From positions 2,368,001 through 2,432,000 of the forward strand of contig OZ244587.1 of assembly GCA_965218095.1 (NCBI GenBank): 64,000 nucleotides of DNA, written 5' to 3'. Position 1 is the first letter of the stretch. Each line of letters opens with the position of its first letter. Made by a program: the position numbers and the translations under genes. Positions 33,231 to 44,664 of the stretch are shown one piece after another. The stretch comes from Candidatus Poribacteria bacterium. GTDB taxonomy: Bacteria > Poribacteria > WGA-4E > PCPOR2b. The notes under the pieces are model-generated. The model was given only the letters and a program-made list of their open reading frames with translations. It searched no databases and was not told the DNA's origin.

Positions 33231-35091
33231 TGAGGACTTTATTGCGTTCTTGGAAGAGGTAACAAAGCATGAAGGAAAACAGTTTGTACAACAAGAACTA
33301 CTTCCAAGCAAAGTGAAGGGATTCCGACCTGGACACGCTCAGTTAACATTGACAGTCCCACGGTTGATTAACAATTTAAAGAGGGAACAAGAGCTTACCA
33401 ATTCCAACTCCGTCATTTGGAACAAATTCAAAAACGCTTGGAAAGCATGGGTTATCTCGCACCATGAACTGAACCGGATCTTACTTGAATCATTTGACAA
33501 TGAAGCAGATTTTGACGAAAATCACAAGTGCGTCGCACCACCAAATAGCGAACTCGATATCCAGTGTTTCAAAACCTTGCTGGAAGCAAGTCTCAAAAAT
33601 CAGATTGATCAGGAAACGATTCGACGCTTTTACGAGTATGGTTATTTTCTTCCTTCAGATGAAATTGAAGTCCTCATTGAAAAAGCACTTCCCCAAGCAG
33701 AGATTGAGCGACAGTGGCGACTAGCGGCACTTCCTGATCAAGTCAACCAACTATCTGAAGCCATCAATTTGCTAAAATCGCGACTTGATGAGACAGTGCA
33801 GAAACTCGATCAACAAATTGCAGAAGCGATCAAATCTTTCGAGTCGCAACTTTCCGAAACAAAGTCAAGCTTTAACAAAAGGATTGGTCAATTGATTAAT
33901 TCACGGCTTTCCAAGGTAGAGGAATCGGTTAAATCTCTTGAAACTCAACTTTCGACTGCTGAATTTATCAATAACATGGAGCAGGAAATCACACGGCTCG
34001 ACCAACGCCTCCAAAAAAATATCGAATCTTTTGAAGGCCAGCTTGATAGAATTGACAGAGCAATTACTGAAATCAAAACAGAACGAAACGAACAATATCA
34101 AATGACTGATGCGCCACGAATCGCCTATCAAGCAGTACAGATTGGTGAGCGTTATACCGCCAACTTCGGCGAGGAAAAAGAGCATTACAACGATGAAAAT
34201 GATGATTACCTAGAGTTTTTTAGGTTTTGCCTACGAAAATTTGGCGTAACAAATTCTAGTGAAACAGCAAATGCTATTCATGTCGCTCTGAAAAGTTTTC
34301 CTGTACTTGAGGTTGCCGACACACGAATAATAAGGGTGTGGCGATTGATGTGTGGTGACCACTTGCACGTTACGCAAATTGATGTAGAAATGGGATGGCT
34401 CGGTTTACAAGATTGGTTTCCGAAACTTTTTTCTCAAGAGTGTTTTGGAGAGCAATTGAGGCGAATGGATCTTGACAGTTCAATCAAGAAAATGCTTGAA
34501 AGGGGCAATATGCCGTGGGCAATCCACTTTAGCAATTGCGATCGGTCATTCCCAGATAGTTATTTGCCACGATTTATCGACTGGATTGGTGATTTTTCTG
34601 AGGGTGCCATTAGAGTGTTTCTAACCCGTTGTTCAGGAATGAATCGCTGTGAGACGAATCCGGATGTTTATGCTCGAGTGGCGTACTTACCTAAACCTCA
34701 GGAACCGGAGCCGATTGAAGCACGAAACTTGAGACCGTCAGATGTCATCACGCGGTCTGAATGGGAATCTTGGTGTAGTTTGAATCCCGATACCAAACCG
34801 TTGTCCAAAAGATATCTTGAATTTTTGAATCGACTCCAATCGGAAACCGAAAACGTAGGTGTGCAAATTCCAAAAGAACTTCTTCAGGAGATTCAACATT
34901 ATCTTCGGCTTTCACATGGTATTTTAGCAGCATCCAAATCTCTTGATTGGGCGTTGACTTTACGTTTTTTGCCGTGGATTGGGAACCGCCGTGAATTGAT
35001 TGATACAGTGCAAAATCTGATTAATCAGGAAGATAGTGAATTACCGCATTTCCGAGATGGACTAGTACAGGCGAGCGAGGAAGATGAATGA
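33175..35091 (+). CDS. Coiled-coil + degenerate McrB-like AAA domain protein (DruB-like)
   Basis: GGGAGGT RBS + GTG; long heptad coiled coil; IDVEMGW, NCDRSFPDSY and LDWALTLRFLP echo McrB-like motifs, but there is no Walker A. Confidence 0.5.
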   Translation: MEAKTYPEEKRRDLIKRSNEDFIAFLEEVTKHEGKQFVQQELLPSKVKGFRPGHAQLTLTVPRLINNLKREQELTNSNSVIWNKFKNAWKAWVISHHELNRILLESFDNEADFDENHKCVAPPNSELDIQCFKTLLEASLKNQIDQETIRRFYEYGYFLPSDEIEVLIEKALPQAEIERQWRLAALPDQVNQLSEAINLLKSRLDETVQKLDQQIAEAIKSFESQLSETKSSFNKRIGQLINSRLSKVEESVKSLETQLSTAEFINNMEQEITRLDQRLQKNIESFEGQLDRIDRAITEIKTERNEQYQMTDAPRIAYQAVQIGERYTANFGEEKEHYNDENDDYLEFFRFCLRKFGVTNSSETANAIHVALKSFPVLEVADTRIIRVWRLMCGDHLHVTQIDVEMGWLGLQDWFPKLFSQECFGEQLRRMDLDSSIKKMLERGNMPWAIHFSNCDRSFPDSYLPRFIDWIGDFSEGAIRVFLTRCSGMNRCETNPDVYARVAYLPKPQEPEPIEARNLRPSDVITRSEWESWCSLNPDTKPLSKRYLEFLNRLQSETENVGVQIPKELLQEIQHYLRLSHGILAASKSLDWALTLRFLPWIGNRRELIDTVQNLINQEDSELPHFRDGLVQASEEDE

Positions 35092-35984
35092 ACCAAATGG
35101 AAACAAATGTCTTTGATAGACTCCTTTATTACTTATCGCATACAGGTGAACTAGGCTGGGAAAAATTTAAGGATGCAGTCAAAAATCTTACAAGAGGAGA
35201 ACCCAACCTGAAATATTCCACTTACCTGACATCACTAGCACGACTGGGTCACCTCGATTACAATCCTATGAATTTAGACAGAGTTGTAATTGCACCTTCT
35301 GTTTTGGTTGAGACAGCGGTGGAAAATCGATATGTTCTTGTCGGAAGTCGTTCCCCCGACTTTCTTAAGGAAATCAAAAGGTGTGTTTCCGCAACGAAAG
35401 GAAAATTGGGTTTGATTCCAGAACAATACGCTCCGACGGCCATCGTGTTGAGCGAATTGACGGAAGTTTCTTTCATCGAGATCGAAAATTTGGGCATTCA
35501 CATTAGTCGAACATTTTCTGCCAAGTTGTCAAGCGTATTGCCGACTCCAAAACGCACCAATTTCCCACAAATCGGAACACCGCTTTCCGATTCGCCGAAC
35601 AAGTTCAATATCAATACCTTGAAATATGAGAAGGGCAACTATTTTCTAGATGGTGATGGGTTTTACGAAATCCCTCAATATGGTCCCAATGTCTACATCT
35701 TAAAATTTGGTTCCGACCAACGAAGAATCCCACGTGACTGGGGAGAATGGCTTATTCTCTCTACTTTCGGTCGAACGACTGAACTGATTTCTTACGAAAA
35801 GAAATCTCAAATATGGCGTGTCAAAAGCAGGTTGCCTGTGCCGCTAATTGTCGATCGGTGCGCGACACTCTGTTCAGGGTTTCCACCAAAGCTGATAGAC
35901 GGTTTTTTTTGTTACTTCAACGTGCCCGCCGGTATCGCATATCAATTGACTAAATTACTCTATCAAGATTGGGAGGTTGTTTGA
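35088..35984 (+). CDS. Druantia-like accessory protein 3 (DruD-like)
   Basis: 298 aa; LARLGHLDY, VLVGSRS, RCATLCSGFPP; stop/start overlaps on both sides. Confidence 0.5.
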   Translation: MNQMETNVFDRLLYYLSHTGELGWEKFKDAVKNLTRGEPNLKYSTYLTSLARLGHLDYNPMNLDRVVIAPSVLVETAVENRYVLVGSRSPDFLKEIKRCVSATKGKLGLIPEQYAPTAIVLSELTEVSFIEIENLGIHISRTFSAKLSSVLPTPKRTNFPQIGTPLSDSPNKFNINTLKYEKGNYFLDGDGFYEIPQYGPNVYILKFGSDQRRIPRDWGEWLILSTFGRTTELISYEKKSQIWRVKSRLPVPLIVDRCATLCSGFPPKLIDGFFCYFNVPAGIAYQLTKLLYQDWEVV

Positions 35985-38900
35985 TGTCAGATCCATTTGA
36001 AATTTATGAACTGCTTTGTGATTCTTACATTCGCTACATCCAGACAGTTTTGGGTTTTAATAGTGATGAACTTGAGGAAGAACGGGACAAACTACTGCGG
36101 GAAAACGGGCTGCTTTTCCAAGTTCCACGTTTTGAACCAATTTTTCCTTATCTCTCCTCTGGGAAAACTTTGTCGCAGTTGTGCAATCATCTTCAACTGC
36201 CTTATGAACTTGGTGATTTTCTCGCGCAAGGTGGTGATGATGGACTTGCGCCGAAGGACCGCCAGCTTTATGACCATCAAGCGAAGGTAATTAAAGCATC
36301 GGTTATTGATGGTGAGGATGTTGTTGTCACGACTGGCACAGGTTCTGGGAAGACGGAGTGCTTTTTAGTACCGATTTTCAGGCACCTGATTAAAGAATCG
36401 CTAGACTGGAACGCCTTTGGAACTCGAAACCAAGACCATCCGTGGTGGAGGAAAGGCGAGCGCATTACCGGACAACGTGTGCCACAGCGTCAAGGCGAAA
36501 AACGTCCTGCTGCTCTTCGTGCGCTAATTTTGTATCCACTCAATGCGCTTGTTGAAGATCAACTGATGCGACTACGCCGAGCTTGCGATAGCCCGGAAGC
36601 ACGGAGATGGCTACATGAAAATCGGGGCAACAATCGATTTTACTTTGGTCGCTACACCGGCTTAACACCGATCCCAGGTCAAAAAAACCCGGAAAACCTC
36701 CGAAGACTTCGAGAACGACTAGAGAGGTTACGCAAGCAAGCTGAGAAAGTTAGTGATGCCGAGCGGAATCGTTATTTCTTTCCTTCAATGGATGTTGACA
36801 CGGCTGAGATGTGGTCTCGGTGGGAGATGCAGGAATACCCGCCGGACATCCTAATCACTAACTATTCAATGCTAAATATTATGCTCATCCGTGACTTAGA
36901 ACAGCCGATTTTTGAAAAAACTAGAGCATGGCTAGAAAGAGAGGACAATATTTTCCATCTTGTTGTCGATGAGCTGCACTCGTACCGGGGAACAGCAGGA
37001 TCGGAGGTTGCGTATCTGCTTCGGACGCTGTTTAATCGACTAGGACTTACCCCTGATTCGCCGCAATTGCGGATCATTGCGTCAAGTGCTTCACTTGAAG
37101 GTGATGAGGGACGCGACTACCTCCGTCAGTTTTTTGCGCGCGGGAAAGACTTCAAAGTAATTGGTTCGCAACCGTTCTGTGACCAGAGCACCGAACTTCA
37201 GGAATGTCTCAAACACGCTGCACAGTTTGAAGCATTTGATCAGGATACAGATTCTACTCAATTGGATAAAATTCCAAAGGAACGTATCAAATCTGCTGTA
37301 GCACAACTTTGTAATCATGACGGAAAATTACGCGCTTCAACGATCGAAGAAATGGTCAAAGTTGCAAACCAGGTAAGTCCAACACCTCTTTCTGAGGGCA
37401 CTATCCGTGGTCTCATTCGCTACACGATTCAACAGAAGGATACGAAAACAAATCAAGCCCTATTACCGCTTCGTGTGCATTACTTCTTCAAAAATTTTGA
37501 GGGATTGTGGGCGTGTAGCAATCCGAATTGTCGGGGCGGCAACAATAATACTCCCATCGGTAAACTGTTCGCGAATCGACGTGTTTTATGTGATGAATGC
37601 GGTTCACGAGTGCTAGAATTACTAACTTGTGAAACGTGCGGCGATCTTCTTTTCGGCGGCTATAAACAACCAATCTCAAGAATCTCTCAGGGTTGGCATC
37701 TTAGCGGTGACTATCAAGAGTTGGATAGATTGCCCGAAAAGGGAATCAGAGATCGAAACTATGAAACCTACGCCATCTTTTGGCAGAGGAGCGACCAAAT
37801 ACCTGAACGACAGAGTTGGACGAAAAACCGGATTAGAAGACGATGGACACCCGCACGATTTTCGCCAGCCGATGGAACGCTTATTCCGGATTCATCTGCG
37901 TACAATAACTATTTTTACAAAATTGACGTTCCTGATGAGTCGTGTTCAGAAATTCCCACCTATTGCCCCAATTGTAGCGATGGGTGGGATTTTTCCCGGG
38001 AAAAGGTTCTTGTTAATGGTAAAGAGCAGGTACACTCACCGCTTCGTCATATGGGAGTGGGCTTGCAAAAGGTGATCCAGATCCTCACCCAAACTTTGCA
38101 AGCGACTGTTGAAGTGCAATCTGAACGAAAAACCATGATCTTCTCGGATAGTCGACAGGATGCGGCAAAATATGCAGTTGGAATTCAGTGGTCACACTAT
38201 CAGGATATGATTCGACTCATCGCTATTAATGCGATGAAAAAACAAGCGGAGAACAAAGACTTAAAAATTCTTCGTGACTTCCAAAGCGGGAAAACTGATT
38301 TTCGTGTTGCCCGAAATGCAATTCGTCAACTCCGCGACAAATTTCCCGGGCAACAGCAATTGCTTGATTCGATTGAGGATGCTTTTTATGACGATGAATC
38401 TTTGACATCTGATCAGGAAAGTCAGCTTGCCACGCTCGAAAGCAATTACCGCTTCACTGCTCTCCAGAAGGATTGCTTTGATGGATTTATTAAGCTTGGT
38501 ATGAATCCTGGTGGCCACGGCGATAAGGTTGAAATCTCTTGGGAAAGGGGTGGAGATAATGGAGATATAAAGCATAGGTGGGAGGAGCTCTATCAATGGG
38601 GTAAGGATTCCGTAACGCTATGTGATTCACAATTGCTTGAACCTCATCAAGACGAACTTTTAGAACGTATTCGGTCTGAATTTAAAAAAGTGATTGCTGA
38701 AAGGATTCTGTTTGCGCGGAAAGATATGGGCCTAGAAGGGCTTGGACTCGCGTGGTGTGAACCTGATGTTGATCCGAGCAAATGGCCAATTGAAGGAGTA
38801 AATGCCTCTGAAATGATGTCTGTCGTTACCCGAATCCTCGGTGAACGGAGATACACCAAGATTTACCGTCGCTATGCCGAACAAACGAGCATGCCAAAGT

Positions 38901-39259
38901 TTCTCGAAGACTACTTGGAAAAATCGGCGGAACAGATCGGGTGTTCTGTGGAAGAAATTACTAGAGCAGTTGGGGAACAGGTGAACTTATCAGAGAGTTT
39001 CGATGGTTACCTCCTCCATATTGAATCCTTAAACCTTCGTCTATTTCAAGGCGACGTCATCTTTCGATGTTCCAAGTGCCGGCGTAAGCATCTTTACAAG
39101 GCAGGAGGGATTTGCACAAACACGAAGTGTCTCGGAGAACTAAAGGCAATCAATAGACATGAAGCCACATCAGAAAAATATGGCGGTTACTACGCCTATC
39201 AAGCTGATTCAGACCAATCGGGAATTCAGCCATACCGTTTCCATTGCGAAGAGTTAACT

Positions 39260-40368
39260 GAGGGGTGTGCATAAATATAGTTGACATAATCAAGCCAAAA
39301 GGGTTTCCTATTGTTATCATAGCAAAAGGAGCCCCAATATGGTACAAAGACCAATGTTGGCTGATTATGTCACTCTTATTATGCAACTCTTTGAGCAGTT
39401 TATGCAACACCGTATTGACAAACCAGGTGTCACACACGCAAAACCATTGACATATTCAACCACCTCGTTTATCATTTTCTTCATGTTGATGCAGTTTCAC
39501 GGCATCTATGGCTTCAAAACGCAATGGCGGTGGCTAATCAATCACCCAGAAGTGTTACAAATGCTGGGGTGGCAACAGCCCCCTCATCGAACCACGATTG
39601 CACGTCGCTATAAGGCATTATATGAAGTGATAGAGGCATTTGTATTGTTTATCGGTCAGTATGCCACTGACTTGTCCCAACAATTCAACTTGGCTCATCT
39701 GGTAGCCGACAAAAGTTTATTTAAGGCACGAGGACCCGTCTGGCATCAAACTGACCGCAAAGCAGGAAAAGTACCTAAACATCTACGCAACCTCGACACC
39801 GATGCCACGTGGAGCAAGAGTGGTTATCATGGCTGGGTCTATGGCTACGGACTTCACATTATCTGCACACAAGGTGCGTTCCCAACACTGATAACTGTGC
39901 ACCGTGCGTCGGTCTCCGAAAGTTGGGCGATAGATGCTAAAGCGTCTGAGATTCTGACACAACTTTCACCGCAGACACTCACTGCCGATGATGCCTATAC
40001 CCAAGCAGACCGTATCCGTCGTTGGGCGAAAGCACAAGTCGCTTTGATTACCCCGGCACTTAGATGGACAAAGGGACGGTTTGCCAAGGCGTATCATCGA
40101 TTTATCAACCAACCCAAGCAGCGTCTCTGTTTAAGCAAACGTCGCAGTTCGGTTGAACCGTTGTTTGACTTGATTGCTAAAGTGATAGGCACCACTCCTC
40201 AACAGAAGCAGTTACCGGTCAAGGGGTTTTTCAATGTACGCTGTTGTTTAGCTATCGGGGTGTTATCAGTGCAAGTGGCTATGATTGCCAATGCCATATG
40301 GAAGTTACCTGCTCGCAATATCTCTCATATGGCGGCTGTTTTCCAATGAACTACTATGCACACCCCTC
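39260..40368 (+). mobile_element. Insertion sequence, copy 2 (1109 bp)
   Basis: Same 14-bp IRs; palindromic 8-bp TSD AGTTAACT at 39252-39259 and 40369-40376. Confidence 0.97.
39339..40349 (+). CDS. DDE transposase
   Basis: 336 aa; differs from copy 1 at two residues seen (A/V, C/R). Confidence 0.9.
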   Translation: MVQRPMLADYVTLIMQLFEQFMQHRIDKPGVTHAKPLTYSTTSFIIFFMLMQFHGIYGFKTQWRWLINHPEVLQMLGWQQPPHRTTIARRYKALYEVIEAFVLFIGQYATDLSQQFNLAHLVADKSLFKARGPVWHQTDRKAGKVPKHLRNLDTDATWSKSGYHGWVYGYGLHIICTQGAFPTLITVHRASVSESWAIDAKASEILTQLSPQTLTADDAYTQADRIRRWAKAQVALITPALRWTKGRFAKAYHRFINQPKQRLCLSKRRSSVEPLFDLIAKVIGTTPQQKQLPVKGFFNVRCCLAIGVLSVQVAMIANAIWKLPARNISHMAAVFQ

Positions 40369-42623
40369 AGTTAACTGCACAAACCGATTCCGAGGAACGT
40401 CCAAACCGTCAGCGGTGGTTCCAAGAAGTTATTCTTGATGGTGAAAATCGGCGAACGAATGAGATTGATCTTCTCAGTGTAACGACAACAATGGAAGCGG
40501 GTGTTGACATCGGTGCGCTGTCAATAGTTTTAATGGGAAATGTTCCGCCACAGCGTTTCAACTATCAACAGCGCGTAGGGCGCGCTGGAAGGCGAGGTGA
40601 GCCGCTCGCGTACGCTTTGACGCTCTGCCGCCTGCGAACGCATGATGATCACTATTTTACCCATACAGACGCGATCACAAACGCTGCGGTACCTCCACCA
40701 TATCTTGATATGCGAAGTCAGGACATTCTCATACGGGTTTTGGCTAAAGAGGTTTTATATAATGTTTTCTCACGGTTATCAAGAGCGGGGGCAGACAACG
40801 AGAAAAACGTCCATGGTGAATTTGGAAAGGTTTCTGATTGGACAGCGAATCGAGAAAGGGTTGTAGAATGGATGCGAAATAACAAAAAAAAGATTAAACA
40901 GATTGTGCGATTGCTTGCCACAGAGACTGAACTGAAAGACAATAAGGGGGAACTCATAAATTGGGTGCTGAACAATCTGGTTGATGAAATTGATCGCTGT
41001 GTTGAAGCGCATCCTTTTGAAGATGACGAGTTGAGCCAATCCCTTGCAGAATCAGGGATTTTGCCGATGTTCGGTTTTCCAACCGGTGTTCGTTTGTTGT
41101 ATCATCAACCACCACGGGGATCCCATTGGCCCCCGACATTAGGTGTTGTTGATCGGGACATTGAAATCGCCATTAGCCAATTCGCCCCCGGCTCAGAGAC
41201 TATCAAGGATAAAAAAGTCCACACCTCAATAGGTATCGTCTCCTATAAACCGGAGCAGGGGCGTTTGGTATCTGAAAGTGGGATCGCGCATGAACAACCG
41301 ATAGGGTTCTGTAGTAGTTGCAAAGCAGTTTTCGCTTCCTCCATTGAGGCGGAAAATAATTGTCGAATCTGTGGCTGTGAAACTTTCAATCTAATTCAAG
41401 GAATTGAACCGAAAGGATTTCTGACTAATTTCAGGCCGGACGATGCTCATGAATCGTTCAACTGGGCACCGAGAGCTACCTATTCGCGTCTGCCGTCAGA
41501 CTCGTCTGTGGATTTGCAAAAACAACTTAATTTCCGATGGGGGACAGAGGGCAAACTAAAACTGTTTTCAATTAATACTAACGACGATCGATTGTTTACC
41601 CTTCAACAACAGCGTGAGAGTGAAGCATTTGTATCGGCTGAAATCTCTCATGAATTGGCTATAAAAAACGATGAATACAGCTTCAACGAGGAAAACGATT
41701 TGATTGGGTCTCCACGGAAGGTCGCACTTTATGCTGCTAAGACGACCGATGTTCTGTTAATTGAGGTTGACGAGATTCCAGTCGGTATTATGCGTGATCA
41801 AAGTACTCAATACTGGCGAGCTGCGCTTTATTCCTTTGGTTTCCTATTCCGTCAGTTTGCAGCGCGTCAACTTGACATCTCACCAGACGAATTGCGCGTT
41901 GAAATTAGACCTATGGTGGAAAGTGAAACTCAGAAACAGCAAGTTTTTCTTGCTGATAACTTAGCCAATGGTGCGGGATACTGTCGCCATTTGGGTGAAC
42001 TTGATGCTACGAGAAAACCATTCCGACTAATTAAACTCCTACGTGATATGATTAATCCGGGAGAAGATTTTGCAAGGGAGTTGATTGCACATGGAAAAGA
42101 TTGCGATTCGTCCTGTTACAGCAAAGGTTGTATGCGTGACTACTCCAACATGCCCTATCATCCCTTCTTGGACTGGCGGTTAGGCCTAGATGTTGCGCGT
42201 CTCTGTCTTGAAAAAGATTATCAGATGGACCTCCAAAAAGATTACTGGGTTTCTCTTATCGATCGGGTGGAGAAAAATCTCGCGCAACTTCTCCCTAGCC
42301 TTGAACGCAACGATCGTGACAGCGTACCTGTTTTTGAAACTCAAGCACAGGGGAAAACATTCATTTTACATCACCCGCTTGCTGACTTTGATGGGTCCAA
42401 ATTCATCAATATCTTTGATGCTATCCGAAGGGTAAGTCTCGTTATGAATCAACTCAAAGGGAGTCAGTGATATGAAACTTTAGTTTGCGATGGCATACGG
42501 TTTTAGTTTATGTTAAGAGAATGCGCAAAATGGATTGGCGAGGTGTATTTCTATAGTCCCGAAGGGGCGACAAGATGAGGCCTCCACTTCTCATATACAC
42601 TTATTTTTCACAATACAAAAAAA

Positions 42624-42719
42624 ATGAAATCCTTCTGCCTGACAACCGAACAGAAAATCGAGAAGCCGCAGAACGAATTATTCGGCTTCTTTTCAGATGC
42701 GCACAACCTTGCAGCTTGA
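42624..42719 (+). pseudogene. SRPBCC-family 5' remnant
   Basis: MKSFCLTTEQKIEKPQNELFGFFSDAHNL* resembles an SRPBCC N-terminus. Confidence 0.45.
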
Positions 42720-43101
42720 AGTGCTTCAAATTCATCATGATTTGAGTCTCCTAAAATTATCTGATAACTAGCGATTCTGCCGTATAAGATGCCTAAAAGA
42801 TGCTCGCGCAACCCGCTGAACTTCAAACTGTTACAGAAGGAGCGGATTACGCGTGGCTGTAAGCTACCCCGTGCATCCAGCTTGTTAGACACTCTTTGGT
42901 CTTTCAATGCTTGCTTTGTTTCTCTCTAGATTATCACTCACGGAAACTGCGCCCCTCAATAGATGATGTCATGCCGGCTGTAGTCAAACGTGAACTTGAA
43001 TGGCTCTGGATCGCTCCAGGTTTTGCCGTTGTCAGTACTGGTCAGTACGATGTTTCGCTAATTCTCGAAGCAACCGCAGGAGGATTACTTGGCGCGTATG
43101 G

Positions 43102-43971
43102 TTAGTACTGTCCCTTTCTGGCCTTAAGCGAAAATGTCATCGGAATGAGTTCACGCTCTGCCGGCCTCAGATTTGGGAACGCCTTCCAATACTCATCCGC
43201 GTGTTCTCCGAGATATTCTATAGTCAATCCGGCGTCAATAAGGCTCTGTACAATCGTGGACATCGGCCATAGCCGTTCGTACTTTGTGGACTCTTGTTCA
43301 ACCGGTTTATCCAGACTCCCAATGTAGGTAGGCGTCCAGCTCTTGTTCGACTCTGCATAACTGAAATAATTACTTCCTGTATAGATCAACGTCTCCTTGT
43401 CATGATCGAACAACCAGATCATCGGATGGTCATCCAAAATGTGAAATATGCCACCGCCTTTGAGCAGCCGACAAATTACACCGGACCATGCGCTTAGATC
43501 GTGCAACCAGCACAATGCACCGCGTCCAGTGTAAACCAAGTCGGCAGAACCACTCAATGCATCCGGTATTTCAAAGACATCACACCGATACCATTTTGCT
43601 GGGATTGCTGTAGCTTCCGAAAGCTGGCGGGCGTTGCTGATGTGAACGTCTGAAATATCAATGCCGATTACATTCTTCACCCCCTCGTTCCATAGAGACA
43701 GGGTATCCTGTCCAGAAGCGCACTGTAAATGAATGGCTGTTTCGCACCAACCCCGCAGATTCCCGAGATTCCGCCGCTCAATCGGGTGAAGGCTACTGCC
43801 TCCTTCGGCGATAAATGCAATTGTTTGATCTAGTTTCTCCGTGTACCTGACAGCGGCTTCATTCCACCCACGTCTGTTGCATTCGTGGCGCCGCTTTGCT
43901 TCCTCAATGTCCGAGGCCGCGCTTACTTCCCTGGTGAAGCTATCCCAGTTGGGCTTACCTTTTGGACTCAT
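43102..43971 (-). CDS. Class I SAM-dependent methyltransferase
   Basis: IHLQCASGQDTLS, DLVYTGRGALCWL, DDHP. Confidence 0.88.
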   Translation of the reverse strand: MSPKGKPNWDSFTREVSAASDIEEAKRRHECNRRGWNEAAVRYTEKLDQTIAFIAEGGSSLHPIERRNLGNLRGWCETAIHLQCASGQDTLSLWNEGVKNVIGIDISDVHISNARQLSEATAIPAKWYRCDVFEIPDALSGSADLVYTGRGALCWLHDLSAWSGVICRLLKGGGIFHILDDHPMIWLFDHDKETLIYTGSNYFSYAESNKSWTPTYIGSLDKPVEQESTKYERLWPMSTIVQSLIDAGLTIEYLGEHADEYWKAFPNLRPAERELIPMTFSLKARKGQY

Positions 43972-44103
43972 TCTTCCCCTCATATCTACTTGTTGAACCA
44001 CTCATGGTTGTGCTGTATTGCTGCGCGGAGCGACTTCGGCTTTGTAATCCCGCGTCCGAATCCTTTGTAAACAATCATTTCGTTTAACTTTTTTACAATA
44101 GCC

Positions 44104-44349
44104 TCATCGAATGGCAAAATTGTTCAGGCTTGTCGCCACATCGGGGTGGTCGGAGCCGACATTATTCTTAGCGACTTTGTAAGCTTCTTGAGCAACAATA
44201 ACAGCACGCTCATATTTGCCTGCACGATAGAGTTTACCAACTTCTTGATTCAGAATATCCCATTCTATGCCAGCTCCCTGTGCAAATACATTTAATGCTC
44301 CGAGCTGTAAGAGCGAAAAAATCACTGTAACTAATTTTACAATTTTCAT
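44104..44349 (-). pseudogene. Secreted kinesin-light-chain-type TPR protein, truncated (cassette gene)
   Basis: Signal peptide, GSDHPDVATSLNN, ends after one repeat; starts 16 nt after an attC-like R' site. Confidence 0.7.
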
Positions 44350-44365
44350 ATTTATATCCTTGTAT

Positions 44366-44514
44366 GGCTAACGAACAGAGTTCAGTTGTCCGATGAATCG
44401 GACGAGCACGGCGGGGGTTTGTCGAAACACGTCCGACAAACCAAAAACCGCCGCAACCCTAAAAGCATTGATAAAACCACACCTCCCGCCGTCACCTGCA
44501 ACGGTGGGTTAGGC
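44366..44514 (-). mobile_element. attC-like integron recombination site 1
   Basis: Minus strand GCCTAAC-ccaccg-TTGCAGGTGACGGCGGGAGG...CCCCCGCCG...CTGAA-ctctgttc-GTTAGCC, an imperfect palindrome. Confidence 0.75.
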
Positions 44515-44664
44515 AAGTATTATACCCAATCTGATAAATCACTTACCATTATCTACATAACATTTCCCTGTATCCTGCATCTATAGACGACCCTTCGGGG
44601 GGGTCAGATAACTGAGCGCATAATGGGATTACTCATAGCACAACTGTTTCACAGACGAGTGTGG

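Larger units (their letters stand above)
35984..42470 (+). pseudogene. Large DEAD/DEAH helicase with Zn ribbons and C-terminal DUF1998 (DruE-like), interrupted by IS
   Basis: TGTGSGKTE, LYPLNALVEDQ, VVDELH, TTTMEAGVDIG, YQQRVGRAGR, CDSSCYSKGC; removing the IS plus one TSD gives FHCEELT|AQTD in frame, 1789 aa. Confidence 0.9.

Noticed and set aside
42-40368. Composite transposon bounded by the two direct IS copies
   Set aside because: Each copy has its own distinct TSD, so they are independent insertions; the enclosed region holds core genes
35984-42470. DISARM DrmA/DrmB call
   Set aside because: DUF1998 is fused to the helicase, and no methylase, PLD or SNF2 gene is present
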